DNA from: Blepharisma stoltei ATCC 30299
Lineage: Eukaryota; Protista; Ciliophora
Length of the DNA: 64,000 nt
Direction of reading: 5' to 3'
Assembly: GCA_965603825.1 (NCBI GenBank)
Contig: CBFDEM010000046.1
Span: 186,001 to 250,000, forward strand
In this document: in pieces, positions 24,101-36,614 of the stretch
How the letters are laid out: the number at the start of each line of letters is the position of its first letter
Position numbering within the stretch: the first letter of the stretch is position 1
The notes under the pieces: model-generated
The model's input: the letters and a program-made list of their open reading frames with translations, nothing else
Database searches by the model: none
What the model was told of the DNA's origin: nothing
Program-made: the position numbers and the translations under genes

Positions 24101-27100
24101 GGAAGAATTTAATCAATACTAGCTATTTATTAGAAGAATTCGTAATTTATTCGAAAATCAGATCAGAAGACAGCTATGGGCAGTATTTAGTGTACTGCGG
24201 CCTTGAATGGGAAGATGCTTCTATTATGGAAAAATATTTCTCTTTATTAGACCCTATCTGGCCATCTGCTTTATTCCAAGACAATTTGATGGAGCCTGAC
24301 CACATCCAGCTGCTTAGCTCTATTAAAAGAAATGATAATTTATTTAAGACTGACATACAAATTCTCCAATGGGAACCCCCAAATGATATAAAAGCCAGAG
24401 GATGGTTTATTAAAGTAGTTTTGCATTTAGCAGCATCAGCTTTAAAAGCCACTGCAAATAGTGAACAAATCGACAAATGGCTTTCAGAGATTATAAAAAT
24501 TGTAAAATTCATATTATTGGTATCAGAATCAGGGAAAAAATCATTGACAAGTTCTGGAGCTAAAGCATTTTCACAGTGTATTATTTATGTTATAGGTGTT
24601 TTAGTCAGCTATATCAATGATTTAAGAGGCCACCCGGTTACCAAAAAATTACAAGACAGTTGCATTGATGTGCTTAAGTTTGTATTTGCGGTATATGATA
24701 TGGGAAGATCTGATTGGCCTCAAGGCTTCAAAGGGTTTATCAGGGCTGGATTTACACCTGTTAGTGTTGCTGAAGAAGTTGTTGCATTTTTAGTACAAAA
24801 TGTCCCAGAATTCGAACTAATCGATGTAAATTTCAGTGGACATTATATAGGCTTAGAAGGCCTTCTAATGAAAGAAGAATGACGAATTGCCTTGCTTAAC
24901 GCCTCTCTCCCAATTTTTGAGCTTTTTGAAAGCCGCACAAGAGCAAGTTTAATATGCCAGCACAGAGAAAAAGTTGCAGAAAAGCTTACAAAAGATAAAG
25001 AAAATTATTTAAAACAGTCAGAAGAAACCAATGCCCAAATGCATAGATTTGTACTAAATACAGCTTCAGAAAAATCAGATGAAGTCGACAAAACAATCAG
25101 CACAGTTTTAGCACAAAGCAAAGAAAAATCAAAAAAAAGGAAAGCTGTGTGAAGCAAACAGCTAAAAATACTAACTGAATGAAGAGGTCCTTGGCAAGTC
25201 TTAAACCAAAAACTCAGTTTTGAGCCTTATCAAGCAATGGATTGTAATTTGTCGAGAAATTTTTTGAAAAAGAAATCAGACCATTATGATTTTTATTTGA
25301 TAAAGCATAGGACACAAATAACGGCACCTAATCCTCAGCTTTTGAATGAAATTAATCCGAATATACTTAAAAAAGATTTGACGGAAGAAGTTGATGAAGA
25401 AGATGAGGAGAGAACGCTTCCAGAGACTGAAGACTCGATGTCGTTGAAGTTTTCATTTACAGCTCATGCAGATAGTCCACTTTTAAATACTGTTGCAAAA
25501 GAAACTGTAATACAGGTAGAAGTTGGGATAATTAAGCTACTAACAATCCAATATGGACTTCTTCAGGTCACATACACGAAAAAAGAACAAAAAATCAGAT
25601 TTTTGCTAGATCAGAGAATCCAAAATAAATTTTCATCACATGTAGAGCTATTTCATTATATTCCATCACCTAATAAACCATTGATCAAGGAATGAAATTT
25701 AGATTTATTGAGCTATGTTTTCCCTAAAACTTATATCATGAGACATACAGCTGCAGAGTTCTTTTTCAATGATGGAAGAAGCGTTCTGGTTAACTTCGCT
25801 AGCCACAAAGACAGGCTGAATTTTGTTACCCATGTGAAGAAAATCAGAAAAAGTGCAGTTCCAAGACTTCAGCTATTTAAAAAGCCAAACCCAATAAAAT
25901 TAGTAGCAGAAAGCGGTATGACAGAAAAATGGGTGAATTGGCATATAAGCAACTTTGAATATTTGATGTTTTTGAATTTTGCAGGAGGAAGGTCTTATCA
26001 CGATTTAACCCAATATCCTGTATTTCCATGGGTAATCAGAGACTACTCATCGCCTGTTCTAGACCCTGAAGCCTCCTTAAGAGATCTCAGTTTAAACATG
26101 GGAAGCCTTGGCAAGCCTGAGAGAACTCAATCATTTATAGAAAGATATAACTCATTTTCTTCTAACGACGATACCCCTTCTTTCCATTTCGGCTCACATT
26201 ATAGCAACCCAGGAATTGTTTTGCAGTATCTAGTCCGCTTATTCCCATACTCAGAAGGTGCCAAAGAGCTTCAAGGCGGCCATTTTGATTTGCCGGACCG
26301 TCTTTTTAACTCAATTAGTGAGTCTTTTCAATCAGCTACTGAAGATATATGTGACGTCCGTGAATTAATTCCAGAGTTCTTTGTATTGCCTGATTTCTTA
26401 TTAAATAAAGAAGAATACCACTTTGGAACGACTCAGACAGGCAAAGAAGTATGGGACGTTACACTGCCAGCATGGGCATCTGACGCATATGAGTTTGTAA
26501 GGATTAATAGAGAAATTCTTGAGTCAAATGAAGTGTCTAAAAATATTCATAAGTGGATTGATTTAATTTTTGGGTTTAAACAGATAGGAAAAGATGCAAA
26601 AGAATCTATGAATTTGTTTTATTATATGACATATGAAAATAGTATTGATCTTGATAAAGTCGAAGACCCTTCATTAAGAGCTGCAGTTGAAGCCCAAGTC
26701 GTCAATTTTGGGAAAACCCCTTCACAGCTATTTACTAAGCCTCATCATCCTAAAGAAGACTTTAGAAGAATCACCTCAGGCCCTACAATAGTGTCCAAAG
26801 AAAGTGTGGAGCTGAAAACGTATTTTCCATCAAATAGAAAAGCTCTATTAAGACCTGAAAATTTAATAAGCTACTTTGACTTGTCAGAAAGATCAATAAT
26901 CAAAGCGAAATTTTACAAAGACAAAGATATAATAGCTATTAGAAATAATGGGAATATGGTCAGGTATAACTGATGGCCTGCCCCTATGGGAGAATCAAAA
27001 ACCCCTTTTACATGCGCTCTTAATAAAGAAGTGCAGTTCTACAAAATGAAAGAAATAGGCGAAGTCGAAGCATTGGATAGGTCCATAAGAGGTTTTAACG

Positions 27101-27894
27101 CTTCCATTGAAATCATTCAGCAAGGTAAAAATGTCATCATTGGAGGATTTTGGGATGGGAGATTGACTATTCAAAAGCACCACACAAAGGAAAGCAACCA
27201 TAAATGGGTGCACTATTCGACTATTACTTGTACAGATGTAGATATAGATGAAAGAGTAGTTGTAACTGGAGGAAAAGATGGAGACGTCGTCGTCTGGCAG
27301 ATTGATAATGATAATCTCCACCACCTTTGGCATTTCTTTAATCATGATGAACAAGTCACCTTTGTCACTATCTGTCAAGAGCTCCATACCTTTGCAAGCT
27401 GCTCTCTCGACGGAACTTGCAATATTTACTCTTTAACTAAAGGCAGATTACTACGGGTTATCAATATCGCAAATAATATCCCTATATCTATAGTAAAATT
27501 CTCTACATCAGCCCCTGCTAAGGTGATTCTTTTTTCATCAGAAGAAAACATGTTTTATTCTTATGCTGTAAATGGTGCCCAGCTTCATAGAAATAATGAA
27601 AGATGTAAATTTGTGAATAGCCCAATGATAGTAAAAGACATGAATTTTAGAGACTTTTTGATTTATGGAACTGAAAGTGGTGACATTGTAATCAGATATG
27701 CTGGGACTTTAGAAGTATTGAGAAGATTTACATTGTCTGGAGGAATTCCTGTGATTTCTTTGATCGCTACAAGAGACTTAAAGTTTTTGCTATTTGGCTG
27801 TGCAGATGGAGAACTAGGGGTTTTAACTGACCCAGCCGCCACTTTTGCGACGCTAGAAAAGCAGTGACAGCTTAATGTTTTCAGTCTTGTGTAA
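21151..27894 (+). CDS. BEACH-domain protein (ConA-like, PH, BEACH, WD40), 2247 aa
   Basis: Eight track ORFs share one frame, joined by 12 TGA=W codons. BEACH motifs ISNFEYLMFLN, GRSYHDLTQYPVFPW, HFGSHYS, DVRELIPEFF, WIDLIFG, followed by WD40 repeats. Confidence 0.93.
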
Positions 27895-27921
27895 TTCTCT
27901 AAATGATAATTTCTTTAATAA

Positions 27922-29148
27922 ATGATTCCGAAAAGAGCACCTGCATGAAGTTTAAAAGGGAGAGCCAAACCTGATAAGCCACAAAATACACCTGGGCCAG
28001 GCGCATATACATCTACTAGTGTAGTACTTGAAAAAGATCCAAGCTATAGCATTAGTAAATCTGAAAGGCCAACGTTGGTTAAAACTGACATAAAGATTGG
28101 GCCTGGAGCTTATAATCATTCATCTTCTTTGTCACCTAGAAGAGTTGTATTTGGATCAGCACCAAGAGTTACCGTTCCTATTAATAATAAAAACCCTGGG
28201 CCTGGGAATTATGAAATATCATCAAGAATTGTGGAAGGGCCTAAATATACAATGTCGCCTAGAACTAGTTTAGATGGGCCTTTAAATCCAGTCGGCCCAG
28301 GACAGTATGAGTTGAAAAGCCTTGAAAAGGCACCGTCTTTTAAATTTGGTACAAAGGAGAGGGCAAGTAGTTTAGAAAATAAGAATTTAGTACCTGGACC
28401 TGGAGCTTACAATTCTCAAGCTGAAGAACCACAAAAAGCTTCTAAATTTGGAACTGAGCCACGTGGAAGTTTGGTAAGAAAAAACACTCCTGGTCCTGGA
28501 GCTTATGAAGTCAATTCCACAAATGACAAAAAAGGGATAACGATTTCAGGGAAACTTTCATTAGAAACCAAAAATCAAACCCCAGGGCCTGGGAGCTATG
28601 CAATAAATAGAGCTTTAGAAAATCGATCATTTAGTGTTGGAAAATCTCAACGGTTTATCAGGCAAATTTCAACACCACCTGGCCCTGGCACTTATAATGG
28701 AGATATTAAAGATAAAGGAAGCTCCTTTGCATTTGGTAAAGATGCTAGAAAAATTTTTAATGACTCAAAAAGGGTTCCTGGTCCTGGGCAATATGATCTC
28801 AGCGATGGCTTATATAAGACTCAAGGAGTTTCCTTTAAAGGAAAAAGATCTTTGAACCTAAGCAGTGAAATTCCAGGCCCTGGAAGCTACGAGCCTAAAT
28901 ATATAAACGAAAAGAAAGTTGCTGTTGGGTTTGGGACATCTAAAAGAGCTTATGAAATTATGCTTAGAGAAAGTTTTCCAGGGCCAGCTACTTATATGAA
29001 CCAAACAACTCGAGATACTCCAAGCTGACGATTTGGTTCTCAGCCAAGAATAAAATATCGCACCAATAAAGACCCTGGCCCAGGCTCTTATGACATTCCA
29101 GAGCTATGAAACCCTTCTAAAATTCCTGGGAGTGTGCGAGTAACTTAA
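27922..29148 (+). CDS. SHIPPO/STPG (ODF3-like) PGPGxY-repeat microtubule-associated protein
   Basis: More than ten PGPGxY repeats. TGA=W at 27946, 29026 and 29107; ends TAA at 29148. Confidence 0.85.
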
Positions 29149-29180
29149 AACTGCTGTTTTTAAATAATTTATAGTTACAT

Positions 29181-29987
29181 TTATTTACTCTCTTTCTTGA
29201 AAACTGCAGACACATCAGCAGTCCGATTTCCTTCTTCAATATCATCTTTCTGTATTTGTGGGACGACTCGTTTTGATTTAAACTTCTCTTTTCCTCTCCT
29301 TTGCAGTATAAAATCATAGGTGCTCATTCCTTTCTTTTTTAGTCATATATGAAACCCAATTAGATTTCCATTCAAAATAAATATTAAAACGCTGATAAAC
29401 GTAAAAAATAGAACAATGCAGACATAAAATACCCTCATCCCACCACTATCGATGCCCAATCGGTCTTCAAGAGTATTTTTGACATCATTATTTGAAATTA
29501 TATTTTGAACTATATAAATCCCTACTGAACCTTGAATTCCTGTTAAAGCTTCTAAGCTTGCAATTAAATATGCAAAAAATGCATAATTCTTTTTGCCTAC
29601 ACAGTTATTAAGCCAATTGCAATGATGATCAAACCCATCTATGCATTTATCGCAATTCCCACAATGTTTACTTTCGAATGTAACATGAGTGTTACAAACT
29701 GTACAAATTTGATTGTATTTTTTTGCATCAAAGGGTAAGTCTCATTTTTTAGCTCTCAATTCTTCAGCTACCACTTGATCTAGAGGGTCTGCATATGTAG
29801 CTCGAAAACCTCAAAATAAAGTTAAAAAAAGAGCGACCGAGTAGAGAAAGGTAATTACAGATATAGCACTTGAGTTGAAAGCTGGGATGTAAAGAATATA
29901 AAACACATTTACCATTGAAAAAACGACTACTCAGGATAATATTTGGTGACAACCTAGAGGCTTGCTAAATCCATTTTTCCGACGCAT
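29181..29987 (-). CDS. DHHC palmitoyltransferase (ZDHHC1/11-like), 268 aa; absent from the ORF track
   Basis: Manual translation gives MRRKNGFSKPL..., CTVCNTHV..SKHCGNCDKCIDGFDHHCNWLNNCVG and FHIWLKKKGMSTYDFI; four TGA=W. Confidence 0.93.
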
Positions 29988-30216
29988 TTACTTTTAAGTT
30001 TATATTGAATTTAATTTTAAGCTAGATGATAAAATGAGAAGATTCTTTTTCTCCAATAAAAAAGAAGTCATTTTAAATATATAAGCCATAATTGCATCCT
30101 TTTCTTAGAATTATTTTAAATTAAGAAGCATTACTTATTGCTGAGAATATTAACAAAACATTAGAGCCTAAAACATGAATTTTTTAAAAAAACGATATCT
30201 TAATTCTTTAGGTTTT

Positions 30217-30687
30217 TTAATGGCATGGATTTTTATCTACTAGTTCTTGAGATAGACTTTCATTCTTAAGAGGAGTGCTTGGCTCAATCATTCTAAATAA
30301 AATGTGTCCAAACGTGATACCTGTAGTAATTGCGCAGAAAACTCCGGTACTATAAGTCATAATTGCAAGCATTAACAAATATGCTAAAGAAACCCATAAG
30401 AAATACAAACACCCATACCCTAAGTTAAAATAAATCATATTTTGCACTGTTCTTGGTGTTTTCTTTTGATAAAAATTGGCCAGTTTTAAAAGAAAATGCA
30501 AAAACTCTAATCCCATTGACGCCAAAAATAAGGCAACAATTGCGCCAGCATACTTTGTGTCATCATCCACATGCCAACTAGCTAGAATTTACCTATCAAA
30601 ATACAGCTTAAAATTATGGTCATTGTAAAAGGTCATCTGCATTATCATATTCATAGTCATGTTCATCGGCATATTCATTTCAACCAT
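30217..30687 (-). CDS. Ctr/COPT copper transporter, 1 intron
   Basis: Met-rich N-terminus MVEMNMPMNMTMNMIMQMTF, MLAIM (MxxxM) TM motif, C-terminal CH. Intron at 30578-30592. Confidence 0.92.
30578..30592 (-). other. 15-nt intron GTAAATTCTAGCTAG (Ctr)
   Basis: Splicing yields FDSWHV and removes an in-frame TAA. Confidence 0.88.
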
Positions 30688-30817
30688 TTGCTAATTTATA
30701 TTAATATGGCAAGCCATATGATTTTTAAATTTTCATAACTGATCACATTTCAGGAATCTTTTTGATTGCCTTGTAAGTCTATTTTAAAAGATCTCTCAAA
30801 TATGCAATAATAGTTGC

Positions 30818-33495
30818 ATGGAGCTAATCCTATGTTTCGAGCCAGGGTGTAAACGCGAAGTCGAATATATGTGTCATTGCACTTCTCCTGGAACTCTATG
30901 CTGTGAAAAACATTTCAGGAAGCATATGATGATGCCTAACAAGGCCCACTCCTATGAGAGAAATTTGTAGGTCTTATGAAGAGACAAAAGAAGCAATCCT
31001 TGAGTTTCTTATGGAAGAGGTATCGAAAAATATCAAGCTTAAGAAAAAAATCTTAGAGTACTTTGGACAAGGCTTACTTAAATCAGAGCATGATATCAGA
31101 GAGCTTGTAAAATCTTTGGACTTAAATTTATATAGAATAAGTAATTATTTTACAAAAATTCCTCAAAATTAAAAGCTATCAAAATCAGAGCTAGACCCAA
31201 TATTAGGTTTATTGAGTTTACAGCCAGATGAAGCTGTTGAAAAATTAAAAACAATAATTCCAGCCCAATCTGACTGGCATCGCAGTGAAAAGCTATTTTG
31301 CGAATTCAGTGAAAAAATAGGGGATTTTATTAAATATAAGATTGACACTCATTTGTATAAAATGCTCTTTAGTATTGAAAGCACTATTGAAAAGCATAAA
31401 AAGATTATCAAAGAAATAGTTGATAATTTAGCAAATATAAAGGACTCCATTTCCAAGATGATAAAAGAGTATGAAAATTGCATAAAAGACCTAGAAGGAA
31501 TAAAGATAATAAATGAGAACAGAAGGGGTTTAAAAGGGCCTGAAAACGTAAGCAAGCCAATAAAAAAAGCTTAGAAAGCAAGACAAGCTTGCTTAATTCT
31601 CATATAAGCACTATTTCTAATGATCTTAACAGTAAAGCCAATGAAACAGAAAGGGCTTTAAACTTAGACACCTTATGAAATAAAACAGCTGAGATTTTGA
31701 GTAGACCAAACAATCCAAAATTAGAGACAGATTTCAGAACAACTTGTTCAGCAATTAGGACCGATTCTAGTTTTTATCATCCACTAATGCAAGCTTACCT
31801 TAAAGCTTATCAGCAAAAGACATCTCTTTATAATATTGCAAGAGATTATGAAAAAGATAGTATTAATTTAATTATTTATAAGACTGAAACTGAAACCCAA
31901 GAAGTCAAAACCTTGCAGACTCCAAAAACACTACACTCAGGTACTTGCATAACTCAACTTCCAAATGGCAAGCTATTCTGTTTTGGTGATGATTATCCAT
32001 ATTCTGGGGCTACAGTGCTAATTGATGTGAATGGTGGAGTCGAAGTGCTGCCGTCTGGAACTCCTTGCAGATGCTCATCGTGTATATATTTTAACAGCAG
32101 CGTCTATTGCTTTGGAAGAAAAACTTGAAATGATTGTTTAACTCTATCTAGAAGATTCGATTTGAATCAAAATCGATGGATTCAACTAACTCCAATGCCA
32201 AAAGCTGATTGCATGTGCAATAGTATAATATTTAATGGAAATATTTTGATTTCTGGATATGTAACTAGAAATCTTTTGCTATACTCAATTGATATTGACT
32301 CTTTCTCGACAATCCCTTGTGAGTTTAAAAGGGAGATAAAGATCCTGATAAATGCAGAGAGACTATATTTGATTGAATGCCCTGGGTCAATCTATGAAAG
32401 CGAAATCGGAAGCTACTCGAATTGAAGACGAATAGGAAAATCAAGAGTCGGCCATTTTATGCAAGTGTATTGCTCATATAATAAAGGAGGAATATACATC
32501 TCAACTATTTATGGATCTGATATGCAATATTATTATTTTAATTTACATCAAAAAATTACTATTGATTTCGCATACTATAATGAACATGTCTCACTTAGAA
32601 GAGTGGGTAAAAAGATTGAAGCAATAAAATGAATGAACCAGAATTTTAAGCTCGGTCCTTATTATCTGGATGAGTGAAATCTAAAAGGAGGAACTCTAAA
32701 CATTTTAGGAGAAAATCTAGAAGCAATCGAATGCTGTGAGGAAGAAATCAAAAGCAATCCAAACAATCCTGATTTTTACAATGAAAAAGGCAACGTTTTT
32801 TATGAGTTAAAAAGATACTTAGAAGCAATAGAATGCTATGACAAAGCAATCAAACTCAATCCAAGGAATCATAACTTTTACAATAATAAAGGCAAAGCTT
32901 TTTGTGATTTACAAAAATATCTAGAAGCAATCGAATGCTATGACAAAGCAATCAAACTCGATCCAAGCAATATTTATTTATACAATAATAAAGCCAAAGC
33001 TTTTTATAATTTAAAAAGATATCTAGAAGCAATCGAATGCTATGACAAAGCAATCAAACTCGATCCAAACGATGCTGATTTTTACTGGAAGAAAGGATAT
33101 GTGCTAAATGAATTAGGAAGCTATCCAGAAGCAGTAGAGAGCTATAACAAAGCAATCAAAATCAATTCAAACATAGCCAAGTTTCATAATGATAAAGGAA
33201 ACACTCTTTTTGCTTTAGAGAGATATCAAGAAGCAATACAATGCTATGATGAGGAATCAAACTTCAGCCTAAAAATCCTTTGCATTTTTGCAGCCGAGCT
33301 AGAGTATTAAAGAATCTCAGGCAAGAAGAAGCAGCTTTGCAAGAGTTTGATAGGGCTTATAATTTAAAACAAGAATACCAAGGAAATGAAGTTTTCACTG
33401 GGGATGAATGGGACCTTTCTGAAAAAGATATCAATTTTATTAACGACATGTTAGGCCGAGACCGTATAGAACTACTCCAAAAAATGCAGATTTAG
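30818..33495 (+). pseudogene. Disrupted gene: Cys/His Zn-finger-like N-terminus, coiled coil, Kelch-like domain, TPR array
   Basis: ATG 30818 (CFEPGC..CHC..CCEKH..H). Frameshift near 30965, TAA at 31170, further breaks at 31570-31620 and a 1-nt deletion near 33255. Open frame from about 31620 to 33310 with TGA=W. Confidence 0.7.
32717..33260 (+). repeat. Six 102-bp tandem units encoding 34-aa TPR repeats
   Basis: The xxAGAAGCA core (LEAIECYDKAI-type) recurs at 32717, 32819, 32921, 33023, 33125 and 33227. Confidence 0.9.
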
Positions 33496-33793
33496 AATAA
33501 ATTTGGCTGTAATAAAAATCATTTTTAATAAAATTCGCCCATAAGGGCGAGCTGGGAGTCGGATTTCCGGCTCCGTCTAAATAAACACCTCCCTTCCATC
33601 TCAAATACGCAATTTTGGAAATAAAAATTAAAATAGAAAAATCATTTAAACTTGATATAATAATTTCTATATTGAAATAATGGATTTTTCACATGCAAAC
33701 TTATAGTTTTAAAAATAAAGGTATTGAATTTTTATCTAACTGAATAATATATTTACATTTTCATTACTAAAACAAATAATCAGCTGCCATTAA

Positions 33794-35071
33794 TTAAACT
33801 TCATGTAAGGAAGCCATTTCAATTGATGCCTCAGGAGTATATGTGTTTACAATATTCAATTTTGATGGATTAGTTTTTCTGAGAGCTACGTATCATATTA
33901 AAAATATAAATCCAAAAATACCCATCAGAGTACAGCTGCTTGAAAACCCAATCATAGAAACCAAAATTCCTGCAAATAAAGGACCAAGAATTTCTCCCAA
34001 GCTTATTGAACAATTAAAAACTGTAGACAAAGAATCATACAACTGAGAGCCTTCAGGGATTCCAAGATCTTCTGCAGAGTCTAAAATATACGGCAAAGGA
34101 ATTATAAATCCTAAGCAGCCTCCAAGAGCTATTAAGCACATCCCCAATGCAGAAAGAATTGGCTGTTTCATTATTTGTTCTAAAGGGCCTGTCATTGCTA
34201 GCCCAATAATCGCTAAAGCTACACTTATTAGCATTAGCAAATGCTTGTTTGCATTTTTTAAATAAAAAACTAAATATATACTGCCTAATGTATAAGCAAT
34301 AGTAGACGCCATAAAAACATAGCCAATCTCCAGGTCAGAGTATCCTTCATTCTTCAAGAATGGTCCTAAACAAGGATCAAAGAAATTATATACAATATTT
34401 GTGAATAGCCCTACCATTATATCTAAAAATATGCTCCTCTTTTTTAATAATCCCCAACAAGTGATTTCTTCTTTTTCTTCGATTTCTGGACTTTTGTTTT
34501 TAATATACATCAGAATCATCGGTAAAGGCAATAAATGGAGTATTGCTGACAGTGTGAAACAACCACCTGCTCCCAGAAAGTTATAGCAGAATGAGCCAAA
34601 GACAGGCCCAATCATCATACCAAAGCCAGAGAAAACTTCTAAAGTCGATATATTTTGGTCTTTTGTGCTGTTATAATCGTTAACTATAATTGAAAATCCT
34701 GCGATATAAACCGCTGAAACTCCTATACCTCCCAAAGCTCTGGATACTAGACTTAGAAAAGTAAAAATCGTTAGTGAATAGTTTGAGACTATAGTAAGAA
34801 TGATCAAAGATATTGCCTATATATAAGTTACACCAAAAACCATTCCAAGAGCGAGAACATTTCTACGACCAATGTGAGAAAGATTTTCTCCGATCGTTGG
34901 TGAGACTAAAAAGCCACATGCAGGCATGATCATAAAGACCACGCCTACCAATCAGTCAGGCATTCCTTTATCTTGCGCAATTATGGGGTAGAATGGAGAA
35001 ATCACTGTGTATATAAGGTTGATCAATAAGGTGGATATAAAAATGCTAAGTAAACAAAAATCTACCTTCAT
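33794..35071 (-). CDS. MFS transporter (SLC18B1-like), 1 intron
   Basis: About 12 TM segments, ISPFYP, IGRRNVL, GMMIGPVFG, GEILGP. Intron at 34817-34831; TGA=W near 34952 and at 33893. Confidence 0.88.
34817..34831 (-). other. 15-nt intron GTAACTTATATATAG (MFS)
   Basis: Removes an in-frame TAG within a TM segment. Confidence 0.88.
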
Positions 35072-35188
35072 ATTAATAATTGATGAAAAAATTTTAAAAA
35101 TTAATTTAGTAAGTATAATTGCTGTGATGCTTTATTTATACATACTGGAGGGCTAATCTATTGCTATCCAAAATTCTAGAAAAATCAT

Positions 35189-36349
35189 TTATAAATTAAA
35201 TTTGCTAAATAAATTGGATATAGAATCTGCAATCACTGGAGCGTTTACTTGCTGATAACCACCAGAAAGTAGCATAACTACTGGGACTTTGTTTTTTAGT
35301 GCATGTTTAAACACAATTTCATCTCTTTGAATAATTCCTTGAGGAGTAATTTGCAGTCTTCCCAGTGGGTCTCCTTCCATGCAGTCAGTCCCAGCATTAT
35401 AAACAATAAACGAAGGTTTGAAGCTTTCAATGCAGTTGGTCATAGCATTTTCCAATTTTGAACAATAGCTCTCATCCCCATCCGATTCTGTGATGTGTTC
35501 AGCAAATTTAATAGCTTTTCTTGCATAGTGGTCTCCAGGATATATATTTGGATTGAAAAAGTCAATTATAAACGTTTCTTCATCGTCAATAAAATCTCTT
35601 TCATGCCCATTGCCTTGATGAGCATCTAAATCGACAATCATAACTCTATGAACTTTATCAGGGTACCAATATCTCATCCAATATATCAAAATTGTAATAT
35701 CAGCATATATACAAAACCCTCCTCCTGATCTACTGCTACAATGATGATATCCTCCAGACAAATTAATTGCGTAGCCTTTCTCAATTGCTGCACATCCTGC
35801 TAATAAGCTTCCATAGGTTCCATAAAGCATAGGGTTTAAGACTCGGAATCTTAATATTGGTTCTGGCAAAAAACAGACAGGCACTTCTACTTTAGTAGTA
35901 ATTGATAATGAGTAGCATAGCATAAGCAAATATGAAAAGGGATGGACTGCTCTTAATATGCTTCGTGGACATTTGACAGGGATTAAATAGTTTTCTTTGA
36001 TTATCCCTCTTTCTTTTAAAACATGGAAGACTTTTCCGTATTTTCTTGAGTCAAAGGGATGCATTTTTTCAATTCCTCCTGCAGTGATATTGTAACTAGG
36101 GTGATAAGCGATAGGTACAAGGTTAGAGAAGTTCAATGAAGGAGGACTTGGAGTGAAAAATTGTGAAGAAAGCCATAAAATAAACTCTAAAATTACAGGA
36201 TAAAAGAGGAAAAACCCGGCTCCTGCACAGATCCAGAACGCCACTTCGTCAAATCCAAAGATATCACTTTCTCCTGCTGATAGGCAAATCCCATAAACTA
36301 TCATGAATGCACCCCAAAGCCAGCATGTTAAATCAACCCATGCATACAT
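35189..36349 (-). CDS. HDAC11: Class IV histone deacetylase with N-terminal hydrophobic segments
   Basis: GIEKMHPFDSRKY, GGYHH, GGGFCIYADI, DLDAHQGNGHERDF, YNAGTD, SGGY. Confidence 0.92.
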   Translation of the reverse strand: MYAWVDLTCWLWGAFMIVYGICLSAGESDIFGFDEVAFWICAGAGFFLFYPVILEFILWLSSQFFTPSPPSLNFSNLVPIAYHPSYNITAGGIEKMHPFDSRKYGKVFHVLKERGIIKENYLIPVKCPRSILRAVHPFSYLLMLCYSLSITTKVEVPVCFLPEPILRFRVLNPMLYGTYGSLLAGCAAIEKGYAINLSGGYHHCSSRSGGGFCIYADITILIYWMRYWYPDKVHRVMIVDLDAHQGNGHERDFIDDEETFIIDFFNPNIYPGDHYARKAIKFAEHITESDGDESYCSKLENAMTNCIESFKPSFIVYNAGTDCMEGDPLGRLQITPQGIIQRDEIVFKHALKNKVPVVMLLSGGYQQVNAPVIADSISNLFSKFNL

Positions 36350-36614
36350 TTTAAATTATATGATGTTCGATAGAGTAATATTGAAATCTACATTATTTTT
36401 TATTTAAAATTTTGATTGTATAATCCAAATAAATTAATATTACCTACAAACTTTCTTAATGTTTATTTTTAAACGCACCTTATTGTAATAATATTTTTAA
36501 CAAAACATATTATAAAATATTTATTTTTTGCAGCTTTTACTAGTTATCAACATGCTGTTTTATGATTCATAAAGAACTCACATTGATCTCTATTTTAATG
36601 GCTTATAATCTTAA

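Noticed and set aside
21151-27894. Run of same-strand ORFs resembling an operon or pseudogene fragments
   Set aside because: All are in one frame and separated only by TGA; this is a single BEACH gene under UGA=Trp.
27922-29100. Recurrent CCTGGNCCNGG motif resembling a spaced repeat array or CRISPR
   Set aside because: It encodes PGPG protein repeats and is degenerate at third codon positions.
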